DNA of 64,000 nucleotides from Octopus sinensis (GCF_006345805.1 NW_021835991.1:442137-506136); one strand, 5' to 3'; shown: positions 1 to 13,219, counted from the first letter of the stretch. Notes: generated by a model not told the origin, from the sequence alone. A program made the numbers and translations.

Positions 1-2480
1 ATCGATGCTTATCACAAAAAGACCAAGTAAATAATTGTGTTTAAACTATTTTATTAAAATTATATTTTTGTAAAATTAAATATAAAATTAAAAAATATTA
101 TAATTAAAATTGTTTAGATAAATGAAATGATTGAACAAATTTCTAAAAGAGATTTAGAACTAAAGATACTAAAGGAAAAGCTCTCCAACATCAAACTGGA
201 AGTAAAATTCAAAATATTCTAAATTTTCCAGTTAAAATTCCAAATTGACCAGAAAGACTCCATTGCTGTTGATTTGAAAACTTTCAAGTTACAAACGAAC
301 GAAATTAATCTTGAAAACGAACGGAAAACTCACAGAGTGATTTCCCGAATCCCTCATTTTAGATTGATCAATTAGAACAAGAATTGGACCACTATTCCAA
401 AGAGAACGAAGTCAGTACTGAGCAGGTTACTGTTAGATATAGATTGGCAGATTTCATTATTGAATTCTCAATTAGAGGATTTTAGACGTAATGTAGAGCA
501 GAATAAAGCTCAGGAAGTATCGGAAAGAAAAAAGCAGTCGGAATTCATATCAAGGCTGGAATCTGCTTTAGACGGTGCTCACTCCTCATTAAGAAATGAA
601 CGACAAAATAACGAAAAAAACAAGATTCTTATTAGTGATTTACAATCAGTTTTATTTGAAGAGAAAACAGAATCGGAAAGAAGATTTGAAGCAGTAATAT
701 TAAATTAATTATTTTAGTTGACATATGCGAATGACAAGTTGAGAGATTATGAACTAAAGTTGTCTGAGAGCAAATCAAAGGAGGAATCAAGTTCTTCCAA
801 GATTGAGGAGATGAATGATGAGATGGAACATATAAGGCAGGACAGGAATAATTTACTTGAGAATTTTAACCAACAAATGGATAAAGTCATTTCTTTAGAG
901 GAAATTGTGGCTTGTCAGAGCAGTGAGATCCAAAAAATCCAAACTGAAGTAACCAATTTGTATATTTTTAGAAATTTCGGATTTTAGTTGATTTAAGAGA
1001 AACTGAGGATATTAATGAAGATCTTAAATTAGAAATTAATGAGATTGAAAAGAATTTTGAGGCATCACAACAAAGAATCGTATTATTAAGCCAACGTGAG
1101 AAGGAAATGGTTGAAAACTACGAAGAAATGGCCGACAAGATGGCACAAGCTCAGAAAGATTTGGAAAATGTTTATACACAAGTAATAAAATAAAATCAGG
1201 ACATTGTAGCTCAAAGAAAGCGATTCGGAACTTGTTTGCGTAAAAACTGCTTTAAAAGACTACAAGGCGACCCATAATTCTCAAATGAAGAACATGAACA
1301 ACTCGTAGAAGACCTGAATGTCCAGAAACGAGAAATTCTGTTAGCTAAAAATAGTTTGGAGGTGGCGGGAATTCAAAAAATACAACTTGAGGACCAATGT
1401 GCTTTATTAAAAGCAAAAGTTATATTTTAAAGTAGTAAAACCAGGGGGAAGAATCTGGAAGAAAGCTGGAACAACTCAAGTTAAAAGTTGATAAAATCGT
1501 CATTAAAAACGCAAAAAAAGCTGAAAAGGGTGAAAATTTAATTAAAAAATTGAAACTTGAAACATGTGAAAAAGCACAAAAAATACGAGAATTGGAGGAT
1601 GTGTTCGAATCAAAAAGAACACTTATCGCTGAACTAGAACAGGCTTCCAAAACTGTCTCCGAACAAAAGTCACAATTGGAATCTTTAGAGAATGAATTGG
1701 AGACATTGCGTCAAACCAAGGAGTTTCTAGGAGGAGACATTGAGATTAAGAATGCTGAAGTATTTCCCGAAATTCGATAATTTTAGATTCAAAATCTTAG
1801 AGACGGGCTGTCAATTACAAGGACGGATTTTGAAAATTTAAAAATTTGTAACAAAAATCTGAAAGAACAAGTATTTTGTAAAAATTAAAAAAAGTGCGAA
1901 CGGTCAAAAGATCAAGTTGAATTACTTTCCCGGCAAAATCGGTCCACTGCTGATCAACTCGAGTCGAGTGTAGCTGATTATGTTAAAGCTCAACACATAA
2001 TTTCCCGCCATTTGAATGAATTATACACGTGTCGGTAATGAATTGAATAGTCTAATTAATGGCAGTGAAGAAGTCGAACTTGCAAGGGACGAGTCACGTG
2101 GATTACGTGTTCTTAATGAAGAATTGAGGTCGTCTGAGTTGAAAATTAAGCAAAAAAATTATAAACTTGAAAAGGAGCTTAAAATATTGAAAAAATTATT
2201 TACTTCAACAGAACAAGATAGAACTGTGATTGAGAACCCTCAAAACTCAAGAAAAAATAGGGCAAAAATGTTAAATCCTGAATTGAATAAAACCACGTGT
2301 TTGGATCAGATTAGAGTGATGCGAAATAATGATGGCGAGGAATTGAAGACCATCGTTGATATTCCGTTACAAAATGAAGAAGAATCTTTGGTATTTATTT
2401 GTTTTTAATTATTGATTTAGATTCAATATTGGAAGGATAGGTCAGTAGATTTGAATAAAAAGCTATCAAAATTGGAGTGA
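1..2480 (+). CDS. Large coiled-coil protein, copy 1 (5' end outside window; multi-exon, tiny introns)
   Basis: E/K/L/Q-rich heptad ORF pieces join through GT-AG introns of ~22-30 nt (e.g. gtaatattaaattaattattttag after GAA GCA); stop TGA 2478-2480. One apparent -1 frameshift at 1276 (aa versus aaa in copy 2). Family not recognised. Confidence 0.8.
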
Positions 2481-3061
2481 TTCTTTATAATTTATTTTAA
2501 ATAAATGATTTTTTATTGGAATTATATTGAGATAGATCAGGGATCGGAAATCTATGGGGCTTCAGTTTCCATATTTTGTCTCTCAGTTGTCATGATGAAA
2601 AATATGGAAGATTTCTTTCTTTTTCTTTAATGAATTCACTTGGTTGTACAATTTTCAGGTGTGTTTGTTGATCCGATTAAAATAATTTTGTAATTAACTT
2701 CTTTAAATAGACACCACATCACAAATGATCACGACGCTTAAAATTGCGTCTCCAATAGAACAAACAGAATTTGTTGATTATAGTATCGTTGAGATGGATG
2801 AGGACCTATCTATGAAGAAAAAACTCTGGATGATTATTTTTATTAATTTTTTTAATAATTCTAGAATTTCTTAACTCTTTTATAATTTTAAAACTTTAAA
2901 TAAATTTCAATTAATGGTAAACAATTAGAGGTTCAAACTTCTATTGCTCGCAAAATTCTGCATCTCGCCAGATTTCATTAAAAAAGTGCACATTTCCTCA
3001 AAACTAAGTCGTATGATAAAATCGATTATATTACATCATAAAACAGTTGAATTACAAAAAA

Positions 3062-3446
3062 TCATTTAAATTTTAGATTATTTTGATAGAATTCAATAAC
3101 AAGCTGTGGATTCGAAATCTTGAATTCAGATGCAGGGACCAGTGTGCGCTGATCTGATCCTTTCCTGGGAAACATTATCTTTAATTGCACAACCATGCAA
3201 CAAGGAACAACAATTCTCCTGTAAACATCGTGGCACCAATAATTTTTTTAGGTTTATTTTTTAGTTGAATGTTATTTTGATCACTTAAATTAATTTTCTT
3301 TGAGCTAGAAAGTTCATTTGAGTTTCTAGAAATTATGTAAATTGTAAATTACATTATTTTTTTAGTCAAGGATTTTTTCTTATTTTGGCCATTTTTGATT
3401 TTAATTGAATTTTCTATAAAATTTTTCAAATAATAAAACAACCCAT
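3062..3446 (-). CDS. HP1-like protein with chromo shadow domain only, copy 1 (99 aa)
   Basis: Manual splice of three GT-AG introns (29, 27, 29 nt) gives MENSIKIKNGQNKKKSLTKK...KPKKIIGATMFTGELLFLVAWKGSDQRTLVPASEFKISNPQLVIEFYQNNLKFK*, matching the HP1 shadow motif IIGAT..GELMFLMKW....LV.A.E.....PQ.VI.FYE..L. Frame conserved in copy 2. Confidence 0.8.
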
Positions 3447-3560
3447 TACAACGAAAATGTGAGTTCGTCTTTTTATTACTTAATTTTTTATGGGTAAAAA
3501 TAAAATCGTAATTACTTTAATAATAAACTAAATTTATTAATATACAATTAAAATGATTTT

Positions 3561-5029
3561 ATAGGAAACCCGCCTGACATCGACACGTTCTACCCCTCGA
3601 TTCAGGGGATTTTCAACCGTTCGTATGGACCGCCCTAATGGGCTGAATGGAGGAGGTCTTATCACCCTCATCCGTAACAACATTCCCTTCACTAACACTA
3701 CCAATTCTATACGTTCCACATTTTCCCGACGCCCACTTGGAGTTCGTCACAGTACTAATAACAATCAATTTCTTATTCTTAAAAAATATGAAAATCCAGA
3801 CAATCCAATAGACAATCCCATTAAAATCAAACTAAATTAATAAATAATGAAAAAATAATTAAAATCTATTGTTTATACGTCGAGATTTATACTTTGACTA
3901 AAATTGTAGATTACCCAATAATGTTGCCTACACAATCGTCAACCTGTACATTCCTCCTCCTACAAATTGTTCGAAGGGCTACATTCCAGACCTCTCCTGG
4001 ATCTTGCCATTGAAGAACACAATTGTGTGCAATTGCCTCTCGGACATTCCTGATCGGTTCCTTACGACCCTCCTTCTGACCACAACCCTGTACTTTTGGA
4101 GATCAAAAAATACTTCCAAAGTCCTATTACCAAAAGGACATTTATCAACTACAAACGCGGAGTGGAGTCGAAATTCCAACAAGAAACTGATCAGTATCTC
4201 TCAAACTTCTCAGTCCTAAATTTTAAATAAAACATTTCAACAATTGTATAATCTCTGCAGACCGAAAATACATTCCCAAAGGATTCATCCGTGGGGCAAA
4301 ACCATTTTTCACAAAGGAGATCATTGACCTCATAAAAGAGAGACGGGCAATAAAGAGGAATGGCCTGTGGGACTCCAACTAGGGCTCCAGATTATCAAGT
4401 ATTAACGGGATAATCACTGACCACATTCTACAAAACAAAAGAGCCAGGTGGAAAGAGTTTGTATAGACTGGATCATCGTACCAATTTAATTGAATTTTGG
4501 ATTGAAATCTGTGGAAGATCACCTTCGTATGCGGAACCTGCAATTCCTCAGTACGGTTATGAATCAGACCACCTATGTCATTTCCTCTCTCATACAAAAA
4601 ACAGCCGTATGATAGTACCTACCATTGCAAATCTAACCAGTGAACTGTCTAAAATTTCTGAGCCTTCTTCCGAGAAATCGAGGACAAAGTAGATACACGA
4701 CCATGTCTCCATTAAGACTATTCGAAAACTTACCTGGAATAAACTACTAGACGACTCCCCTCCTCTGGTGGACGACACGGAGTCTTAGCTGGACAGAGAA
4801 ACGAGAACATCTCTGGCACAACTTCGTTCTGGACATTTCCTCCTAATTGATGAATCTGGCTATTGGTCTCCTCCTCTGAACCATCTATGCCTATTGCTTT
4901 GAAAAGCTTTCTCCGACCGGGGCCTCCGGTGGGCATTATAGACTTATGGAAGCGCCCAGCACTCGCTGCTGAGCGTCTGTGGACAGCCAGCCTTCTACAA
5001 GCTAGAGAGGTCGGGGTAACTAACTAACT
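3561..5029 (+). mobile_element. Degenerate APE-type non-LTR retrotransposon (Jockey/I-like), internally deleted
   Basis: Endonuclease remnants (RMDRPNGLNGGGLITLIRNNIP), C-terminal LAQLRSGH remnant, (TAAC)n tail; lacks ~0.9 kb present in the 31.3-33.7 kb copy. Confidence 0.8.
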
Positions 5030-5319
5030 TACCTTGCAGGATTTCGACAAAAATATTTTTGTAAGCACTAGGTTTCACGAGTTTGTAAATATCAGCGAGA
5101 ATCTTTGCTTATAGCGTCTATTAAGGTCACTGTTTAGCAGTGTTATTTGATTTAAATCATTTGATTTTAATCAACAAAAAATCAATGATTTGCTGCTGAT
5201 TAAACCAATTGCTGTCGTTGTAGACAAAATGCAAAATGATTTTACGAAGATTAGTCATTTTGTAGAAAACTTGAACAGACTTATATGGATTATGAATGTA
5301 CGGCTATTTTAGAAAAAGT

Positions 5320-6250
5320 GAAAACTCGAGCTGATCAAGTATTAATACTGGCGAATCTAATGAACCCAGCATGTTGTGAGAAGTCTCTTTCAACTGCAGA
5401 GATTGACTTCGCTTTGGAGTATTGTCTGAATATCATAAATATGCTCTCCTAAATCTAATTAATTTCCGAGCTGAACCATTTAAGCAATACAATATTCTAA
5501 TAAAACTTGATGGTCATTAATCATTAGCCACACACCACTCTGGACATTGCCTATCCATAAGTACGATTATTTCCATTAAGATGCTCAAAAATGAATAAAA
5601 CTATTAACTAACTTATGATACTTTTATTGAAATAGACAAATTGAAAAAACCATCGACTTTGTCAGATTCATTTTTACAAATTGTAAAAAGTGTCAACCTT
5701 TACTCATAGTAGTTCTTTAAAATGTTTTTTCAATAATCGTTTTTCGGGCTCCGTAATTAGAAGTAAAATAATCATTGTTAATACACATATTGTCATATTT
5801 AGAATGTCATTATAATTCATCATTTTGTTAATATAAAATTTGTCGATTCTAAATCATTCAGCAAATATGATAAGTGAATATTGTGATCTCTATTATGTTG
5901 TTCATTAAATAAACATTCTTTCGCTTTTTTAATAAGCAAAAAATTTTCTAAAGAAATTCATACTTGAATAACATTTGACAGTTTTAGCATAATAAGAAAC
6001 AGCTTTGAGCCAGCTTCCTAATCTCGCAGCTATTGGTTCTGGCGGGTACCCAATTTTTTTGAACAATTGTCTTTGATAATTGTTCTTTATAACAAATGGT
6101 TGTAAAATTTTTACTATATTGTGGCAAGTAAACTCTGAAGGAGGTGGATGCCCAATAAATTCGAATAAGTGATAAATGCTCTTTTCCTCAATTTATAGAG
6201 TGGAATGTTTTCTGATACAAATGCTTCCGTTACGTCTGACGCAAAATTTC
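5320..6250 (-). pseudogene. Degenerate hAT-like transposase (CGGBP1-related type)
   Basis: Broken minus-strand frames give EPIAARLGSWLKAVSYYAKN (cf. PEP.ITRWGTWL.A..YY) and SISAVERDFS (hAT dimerisation S...VER.FS). No TIRs found. Confidence 0.5.
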
Positions 6251-6544
6251 AGAAAAATAATTTTTCAGAACAATAGTCAATTGTCTTGTATTTGTGGATA
6301 TATAATTTGTTTGTAGAGAGTGCTTATGTGTTTCTCTGTGTTTGCTCACAAAAAATTGTTTTTGCATGTTACTGGCAATTCACATAATTTACAAAAAAGC
6401 ATTTCACCCGATGCAACTGAAAATTCTTTGGGATTTTTTTACAAATATTTAAATGCTTTTTAATTAGGAAAGCTTATTTTTAGCTATATGTACTTTATAA
6501 TTTAGTTTAAGACTTGTTACAATAAGAGAGAAATGTTACGAAGA

Positions 6545-7147
6545 TAATTTTAATCAACCTTTATTCTTGTATCACCCCTCCAATTTGTGTATAGCCCCTT
6601 TACGGATGACATTTTTTGCAATCGAATGGGCATTACTTATAATTTAAAATAATAATGCAATTAGTTTTTGCAAGTACCTCTTCTACTTTATATAAATAAG
6701 ATAATTCAGAGACATTTTGAGATATATTTTGACGGTAAGGTGTTTTTATTTTCAAGATTATTTTTTTAATTCAGAAAAAATCTGCTTTTTTAATTGAATT
6801 ATTATGTTTTCGGTTAAATGTTCAACCAAACTAAACGGTTTCATTGCCTCATTCGAAAAGATTGTAACACATTAAAAACAAATTTGTTTATTAGGATCTT
6901 GAGGATCTTTAATAAACCCAACAGAAATATATTCATCATTATATATTCTGACTTTTTAGAAATCATGGATATTGATAACTATAGAAATCACGCTTAGAAA
7001 TTTAAATAAAATATAATAAAAATCTTTTTCAAAGATTATCGACTTCTAACATTAGATTTTCATTTTTCAGATATTAGCAATTAACCATCCCCCTCACACA
7101 ATAAACCTCCCCCTAGGATGCCAATCGCCCACCGTTGAGAACCACCG
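6545..7147 (-). mobile_element. Truncated hAT (Buster) element related to 23161-24963
   Basis: Terminus ccgttgagaaccaccg followed by ctctagat; BED-finger remnant KVRIYNDEYISVGFIKDPQDPNKQICF*CVTIFSNEAMKP. Segment absent from copies A and B. Confidence 0.75.
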
Positions 7148-8225
7148 CTCTAGATCCAATTTGCAGAAAGCGATTTTCGTAATCACGCGAAGTCTCATTC
7201 GTTATGTAGTAAGTAAGTGCAATATATGCAAGTTTGCTGCTCAAATAAAATAGTATAACGATTTGAGCTAAATTGTTGCTGATTTAGTTTAAAAAGATAT
7301 CAACTTGATCTATTTTATCTTAGAAAGTTAAAGTTCAACCTAACTTTATGCAAAAAAAAATTTCAGTCAATTCGTTTTAAACTGGATCAACTTCAGCTGA
7401 CCTCTTTAACTGTCACACAGCTGAGACTGACTCAAACCTCTCCAAATTCAATGGACAAGATTGCTCCTGAACAACGAATATTTATGTATTGGTATCAGTG
7501 TACGCATAGGTATGGATATCTGCCAGCCTCACACCTGCAGGTAGGAGAGCACAATTTTTTCGAACGGCTTGCATACCCTAGAAAGAGTGTTGGTGAGTAT
7601 TCCTCGCCACCCAGGTCGAGGAAAAGAAAAGGATAAAGTACAAAGACAATTCTGAACTTTCGAGTTCGATCCCCTGCTTTCGAAACCTTTGGAATCGTCT
7701 ACAAGATGACGACTCAGCTGCTATCGTTTGGAGCATCGAAGATCTTGCCGAAAAAAACGACCGGAGAGAGACGAGCTAGCTTTTTCAGCAAGTCTCGGTG
7801 TGCTCGCCGAAAATACCATTCCATACGCACTGCGGAGTCAAATAGCTAAGTCTTCGGGCCTCGACAAAGAATTTAAAGTGTAGTTGGTTGATTTACTTTT
7901 AATTTCTTTAAAGCTTTATTTTTCGCTACAAAAAGACTCAAGTTACTAATCTATTAAATCAATTTCAACAATTTTTAGATATAGAAACTATATGCGGTAC
8001 TTTTCGCAGGAGGGTGGGAGCTTTAGCCCCCTAGAATTCCCCCTTTTTACATTCCAAACTTAATTTGTTCTCAAAAAAAAAGTAAATAGTAATTTGAAAA
8101 AGTAGTAATCGATTGTCAACCACTGGCAGTCAGCATGGATGCGTGAACCACAAAAAACTGCAATTCCAATTTGTTTGTGAAGTCAGAAACCAACATCCAT
8201 CACGTATGTTAAACAAAAATAAAAA

Positions 8226-8367
8226 TGCGCAAGAGCACACGAAAAAAATACGCCGTAGGACAGCCCGACTGGAACCGACCTCACCCCATAGCGATCCAAA
8301 GTGCAATGGATGACTAAAGGATGGAATGCCTGCCTAAGTGATAACAAGCATCCACGACCAGGTAAGT
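8226..8367 (-). ncRNA. U1: U1 spliceosomal snRNA, copy 0
   Basis: Reverse strand starts ACTTACCTGG; SL1 loop ATCAC, SL2 loop ATTGCAC closed by ATCC/GGAT, SL3, helix H GTCG/CGGC, U-rich Sm site, short terminal hairpin. Confidence 0.93.
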
Positions 8368-8644
8368 GAATTTTTGAAATGGCACTCTCTAAATGTATTT
8401 AAAAAATCATTTAAATTATGTTCAATATTTCCACCGGATGAATTATTTTTATTCAATTAGAAAATTAATTTTGAGGTACGTTCTTTTTTAAATTTTAGAA
8501 AAAAACCATTACAAATTTATTATAATACTTTATTATTTTTATATTACATAAATATCAAATACGAAACAAACAGTTGATGATATAGAATACAGCTGATTGT
8601 TAGTGCTATTTTAAAAAAACAAAAAGTTTTTTAGAATGTATATA

Positions 8645-9853
8645 CACTCAACCTCTCAAATTGGCCATTTTTGGTTCCTTCAATATTGTTGGCCAATTTG
8701 AGAAATGGCCAATTAGAGAATAAAACTAGTGTTTGTGATGGAGACTCGCTAGAGAGAATACTAAATAACTCACTTGATAAGTTTGGATAAATTATTCTAT
8801 ATGTATATTTAAATATTTCGAATTATTAGAGATCTGTATAGCTGTGATAACCTTCGTTACGTGAATGTAGATGCTTTTGTACGTCTAGTCGCATTAACAC
8901 ATCAGTACAAATCTTATTCTAACATTAAAGTTACATGCAATCAAATACCATTTTTATTCGCCAAAAATCAGTCGTCGCCTCAACCTTAAATATTTTAAAT
9001 TACTGACTGTGTAGTTTTTTTAAAGACCAGAAAATGTGCATGTTCACAAATGGGTCCTAACACACAATGTATACTTTTTTATTCTCATATAAGAATTACA
9101 ACAGTGACGAATAAACTAAATATCTTATTAGCCGACAACAGTGTGAAAATAAAAGTATCTCAAATGCAACCTCTGTGACCACCCTATCCCAAATAATATA
9201 ATCTGCACAAGTGAATGTAACTGAAAAATATTTTGACGGTACTCAATAACTAACCTAATTATTCTGATATTTCTTGTTTCCACTTTTCTTTATTGTTACA
9301 TTCACTAGTCAGAATTAAATCCAAACTTGCACAATTTTTTATTGATTTAATTAAAAGAAAAACCAAATTTTAACAAAAACCAGTCCCAAAATTAGTTACA
9401 GATATGTATTTTGATGTCTGGGTCAAATGAAGAATAGTAAATCTCTTTATAAGGATTATTCACCAGTTTAAAATCACTCATAATAAAAATAGACTTGATT
9501 AATGACATTCTGATTGTTTGTAACAACCTTCACAGTAACCTCACACAACTTGAAAATTGCTTCTTCAAAATGGATACGCTAAATTTTGAGGATTGCGATC
9601 AAACCGAATAACTTTCTTCTTTTTACGGAATAATTCCAGAATCAGAAAGTTTTCTAGAATGTATTATCAATAATTTAACTTGTCTGCCGAAAATTAATAA
9701 AATTCAAATTTATTGAAAAAATTATGAAAAATAAAAATTATGCTACTAAAAAAATTAAAATTTATGGCCAATTTGAGAATTTATTATTTTGCAGAGTTTT
9801 TCAATTTTCCAGAAATAAATTGTTCAAAATGGCCAATTTGAGAGGGTTGAGTG
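8645..9853. mobile_element. Non-autonomous Tc1/mariner-superfamily-like TIR element
   Basis: ~26-bp TIR CACTCAACC(C)TCTCAAATTGGCCATTTT, flanked by TA on both sides; repeated subterminal GGCCAATTTGAGA motif; no intact ORF. Confidence 0.7.
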
Positions 9854-10327
9854 TAGTATTACTTTTTTTATTAATGCGTCCACTTTCAGTTGATTTTCCT
9901 CTTTATTGAACCACAACCAATCTTTTTAAAGGTCCCATTCATTTATCTCACAGGGTTTGATTCTTCTGTGGTCATTCTCAAGTTCGACTCGATGGCCTCA
10001 CATGGAAATGCTTTCTCCGTTGATTCATTTGTAAACCGAAACTTTTTCCATTCTTTTAAATTAATGCTCTACACGCATAGTCTACAATGTTTTTCGGATA
10101 ACCACAAATGAATACAAGCTTGTGTGGGTCCTTCGAGATTGATTGAATAGCAGTGATGTTCATAGAATTTTCACACAACACCGTTTCATATTTGAACCAA
10201 TGGTACGTAGTTGCCTTGGAATTGTAGATTACTCTCAGTTCACTAGCAAGCATGTCGAATTTGTAAGCTTTTCTGACAAAATTTTCATTAAAATGAATTT
10301 CTTAACCTTCACTCAATCAAACTATAT

Positions 10328-10432
10328 CTTAACCCTAACCCCTGCCATATCCTAACCTCAACCACTTACTAATCCAAACCATATACTAGTCCTAGCCACT
10401 TCCAAACTTTACTTCTAATTTTAACCGTAATT
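10328..10432 (+). repeat. Degenerate (CCCTAA)n-like 6-mer tract
   Basis: ttaaccctaacccctgccatatcctaacctcaacc... decaying 6-nt periodicity; also near 39.2 and 48.3 kb. Confidence 0.4.
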
Positions 10433-10902
10433 CTATCTATTAAGCTGTATTAACATATCAGAGATTTAACCTCATTTTGTAGTTTATTTAACCATACAAA
10501 TCAGTATAAACATATACATATTTTGTAATTATTATTAAAAAAGTAAACACAACATGATAAGAAAATTAAAAAAAAATTTTTAGCCCGAAATTATTTTGCG
10601 AGTCTATGTTTAGTCCAGGTGTAATCAGGTCTTGACAGTTGAAATTTATGGCTATTATATATAAATAATGTTTGGGATAATTGAAAAATTTTAGTTGCAC
10701 GTTTACAAAGTCAAAAAATGTAACAAGCTGCCCATGTCACATGAACACTTTTTTGCGGCTAGATAAATTCGAGTTTATAATTAACATTTTATCAAATAAT
10801 TGTGTCAAAATAAAGCAAGCATTCTTATTTACTAGTTACGTAGGTAAAATTAGAGTTTCAAAGTACAATGTAACCGTGCCTATGCGTATTCGTCTGCCCA
10901 TA

Positions 10903-11612
10903 TCTTAATAATAAAATGGTATGGTGTGTGTCTGTCTGTCTGTCTGTCTGTCTGTGTGTGCACACCAACTTCAAATTGGCAATACGATGTCCTCGACTTA
11001 CATGATGAGGTCCTTAAAACCTTCCCCCCCAAAAAAATTAAAAAAAAATTTTCTGCATTTTGGTTAAAATGAACAACTACAATGTCCTCGACTTACATGA
11101 TGAAGTCCTTAAAACCTTCCCCCCAAACAAATTAAAAAATAATTTTCTGCATTTGGTTAAAATGAACAACTACAATGTCCTCGACTTACATGATGAAGTC
11201 CTTAAAACCTTCCCCCCCAAAAAAATTAAAAAAATTTTCTGCATTTTGGTTAAAATGAACAACTACAATGTCCTCGACTTACATGATGAAGTCCTTAAAA
11301 CCTTCCCCCCAAAAAAAATTAAAAAAAATTTCTGCATTTTGGTTAAAATGAACAACTACAATGTCCTCGACTTACATGATGTGGTCCCCAAAACCTTCAA
11401 GCCAAAAAATTAAAAAAAATTATTTTCTGCGTTTTTGTTAAAATGAACAACAAGAAAGTCCTCGACTCACATGATGTGGTCCCCCAAAACCTTCAAGCCA
11501 AAAAATTAAAAAAAATTATTTTCTGCGTTTTTGTTAAAATGAACAACAAGAAAGTCCTCGACTCACATGATGTGGTCCCCCAAAACCTTCAAGCCAAAAA
11601 TTAAAAAAAATT
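10903..11612 (+). mobile_element. Helitron 5' portion: TC terminus, (GTCT)n microsatellite and ~7 tandem 93-96-nt repeats
   Basis: Begins TCTTAATAATAAAATGG at an A|T site (empty site gcccata|tta at 39777 and ~48832), the typical Helitron insertion rule; truncated against the second element. Confidence 0.75.
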
Positions 11613-11705
11613 GCGGAGGCCCTGCTCGCTACGCTCGCAGTTTCCTTAAATAACTATAAATTTATGTAGATATATAAATGCGACCTGCTTTGATATAACC
11701 TTATT

Positions 11706-12510
11706 CTAAGGCCTGTGGATAAACGATGTTTGCAGTCCGTCCATCCTTGGCAAATATAAATAAATTTCTCTTCTACCTACCCTTGAGCACCCCACATACA
11801 GCTGGCCATGTGAAAAGCACTCGTTCTCTAAAAATAAGCCTACTACCTTTAAAGACTGTCCCTGGGCCTTGTTTATTGTCATAGCAAAACTTATCTTCAG
11901 CGGAAATTGTAGTCTCTTAAATCTATCGCAGGCCCTTTCATGGTCCATAATAACGTCGACCGATTTATATATTCTTTCTCTGCCAGGGATTTTCATTAAT
12001 AAATCTAAATTTATATTAAGTACCTCATCATTAAGTGGAGCTAATATAGCTCGTTCACGCAGCCAGTCGAAATTCACGTAGTGTTCAGATAGTTCGGAAT
12101 AGACGGCATTCAATAATTCTTCTGCTGTTTCTACGAAAATACATAATTCTTCCGGTAGCCTAATTTTCTGGTCGTGCATTTCTGAAGTGATTGCCCCATT
12201 TCCAATATCTAGAAGGATTTGTGGGAATATGCTATTAACGCCTTGTAAATGTGCATGTACATTTACATCTAAGCTTACCTTTTTCACGTGTGTCCACAAA
12301 TATGACGATTTGAGGCAGGCATTCAATTCATCCGCAGGCGTCCCTCTTTGAATAATTGGCAGCGTCTGTCTAAAATCACCTGCCAATACAACTAATGCTC
12401 CCCCAAACAAATGGTCGCTACAATTCTTGATATCTCTATATGTTCGGTCAACTGCTTGAATGCGCCTTTATGAGCCATCGTACATTCATCCCAAACAATT
12501 AACCTAGAAT
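11706..12510 (-). pseudogene. Helitron PIF1-like helicase C-terminal fragment
   Basis: Motifs IVWDECTMAHK, FGGALVVLAGDFRQTLP, RAILAPLN, RLQFPLKISFAMTINKAQGQSL, FSHGQLYVGCSRV; frameshifts and an internal deletion; Rep domain absent. Confidence 0.9.
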
Positions 12511-13219
12511 GCATAATTCTATTACCCGTAGTTGAGTCTAACAGCAGTCCTGACCTTGTTCAGCTGTTGTCTAAGTTCCCTCACCATTTAAGCACATCTT
12601 CCCTCGTTTCTCTTTTTTTGTTATATGGTTCATATTCTCTTGTTTGTTAACATTCTCAGATCTCTCTTTATAGGACATTCTTATGATTTTGTAAACGCGA
12701 ATCAGTAATTTATATTAAATTTTCTACGTAAATTTATTTAGTGAAATTTATGTAAAGTGTATTATCCAATCAAAGCCATTATACTTAATTGCCTCTATGT
12801 TTAAAGGAATTGAAACTTTAGCATAATCGAACTTGTCTGTTTCGGTAAAGAAAATGATAATCAGCTTCATCTTTGTAGTATTATAAGGAAAAAATTAAAG
12901 CCTGTTAAATCAAGGAGATTTAAATATAGGCAAATTGAAATTTACATGACTAATTTAAATTTTATTTGCCTCTATCTTTTAAGAAATCTAAACAGTAGCA
13001 TAATCGAATTTGTCAGTTTCGGCAGTTAAAAAGAATCAATTATGTAAATCTCTAATAATTTTTGCTTTTTCCTTTTTAGTGGTTTTCAAAATCTGATAAT
13101 TGCACAGTCTATTCATGGTCGATAACAATTAGAGCTTTTATTTTATTTTTTAACGAAAATTTAACAAAAAAGAATTTATGTCATCGAAAAAAGATAGCTA
13201 AGCTAATTAATGGCCTCAC

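Larger units (their letters stand above)
1..10902 (+). repeat. Segmental duplication, copy 0 (matches 27793-39777)
   Basis: Colinear high-identity match from atcgatgcttatcac (1 / 27793) to cgtctgcccata (10902 / 39777), differing by TE indels. Confidence 0.95.

Noticed and set aside
1182-1199. Apparent 18-nt (17-nt in copy 2) intron in the coiled-coil gene
   Set aside because: Gives an early stop; the next AG (28/27-nt intron) restores the frame.
2700-2800. Minus-strand NFKRRDHL, resembling a C2H2 finger
   Set aside because: No correct Cys/His spacing and stops on both sides; no spliced model found.
3140-3240. Kazal-like C...HTGPC frame
   Set aside because: Alternative frame of the chromo shadow exons.
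7440-7870. GC-richer segment with faint Tc1/mariner HTH resemblance (also ~35.2 and 44.2 kb)
   Set aside because: Similarity too weak, frames broken, no TIRs.
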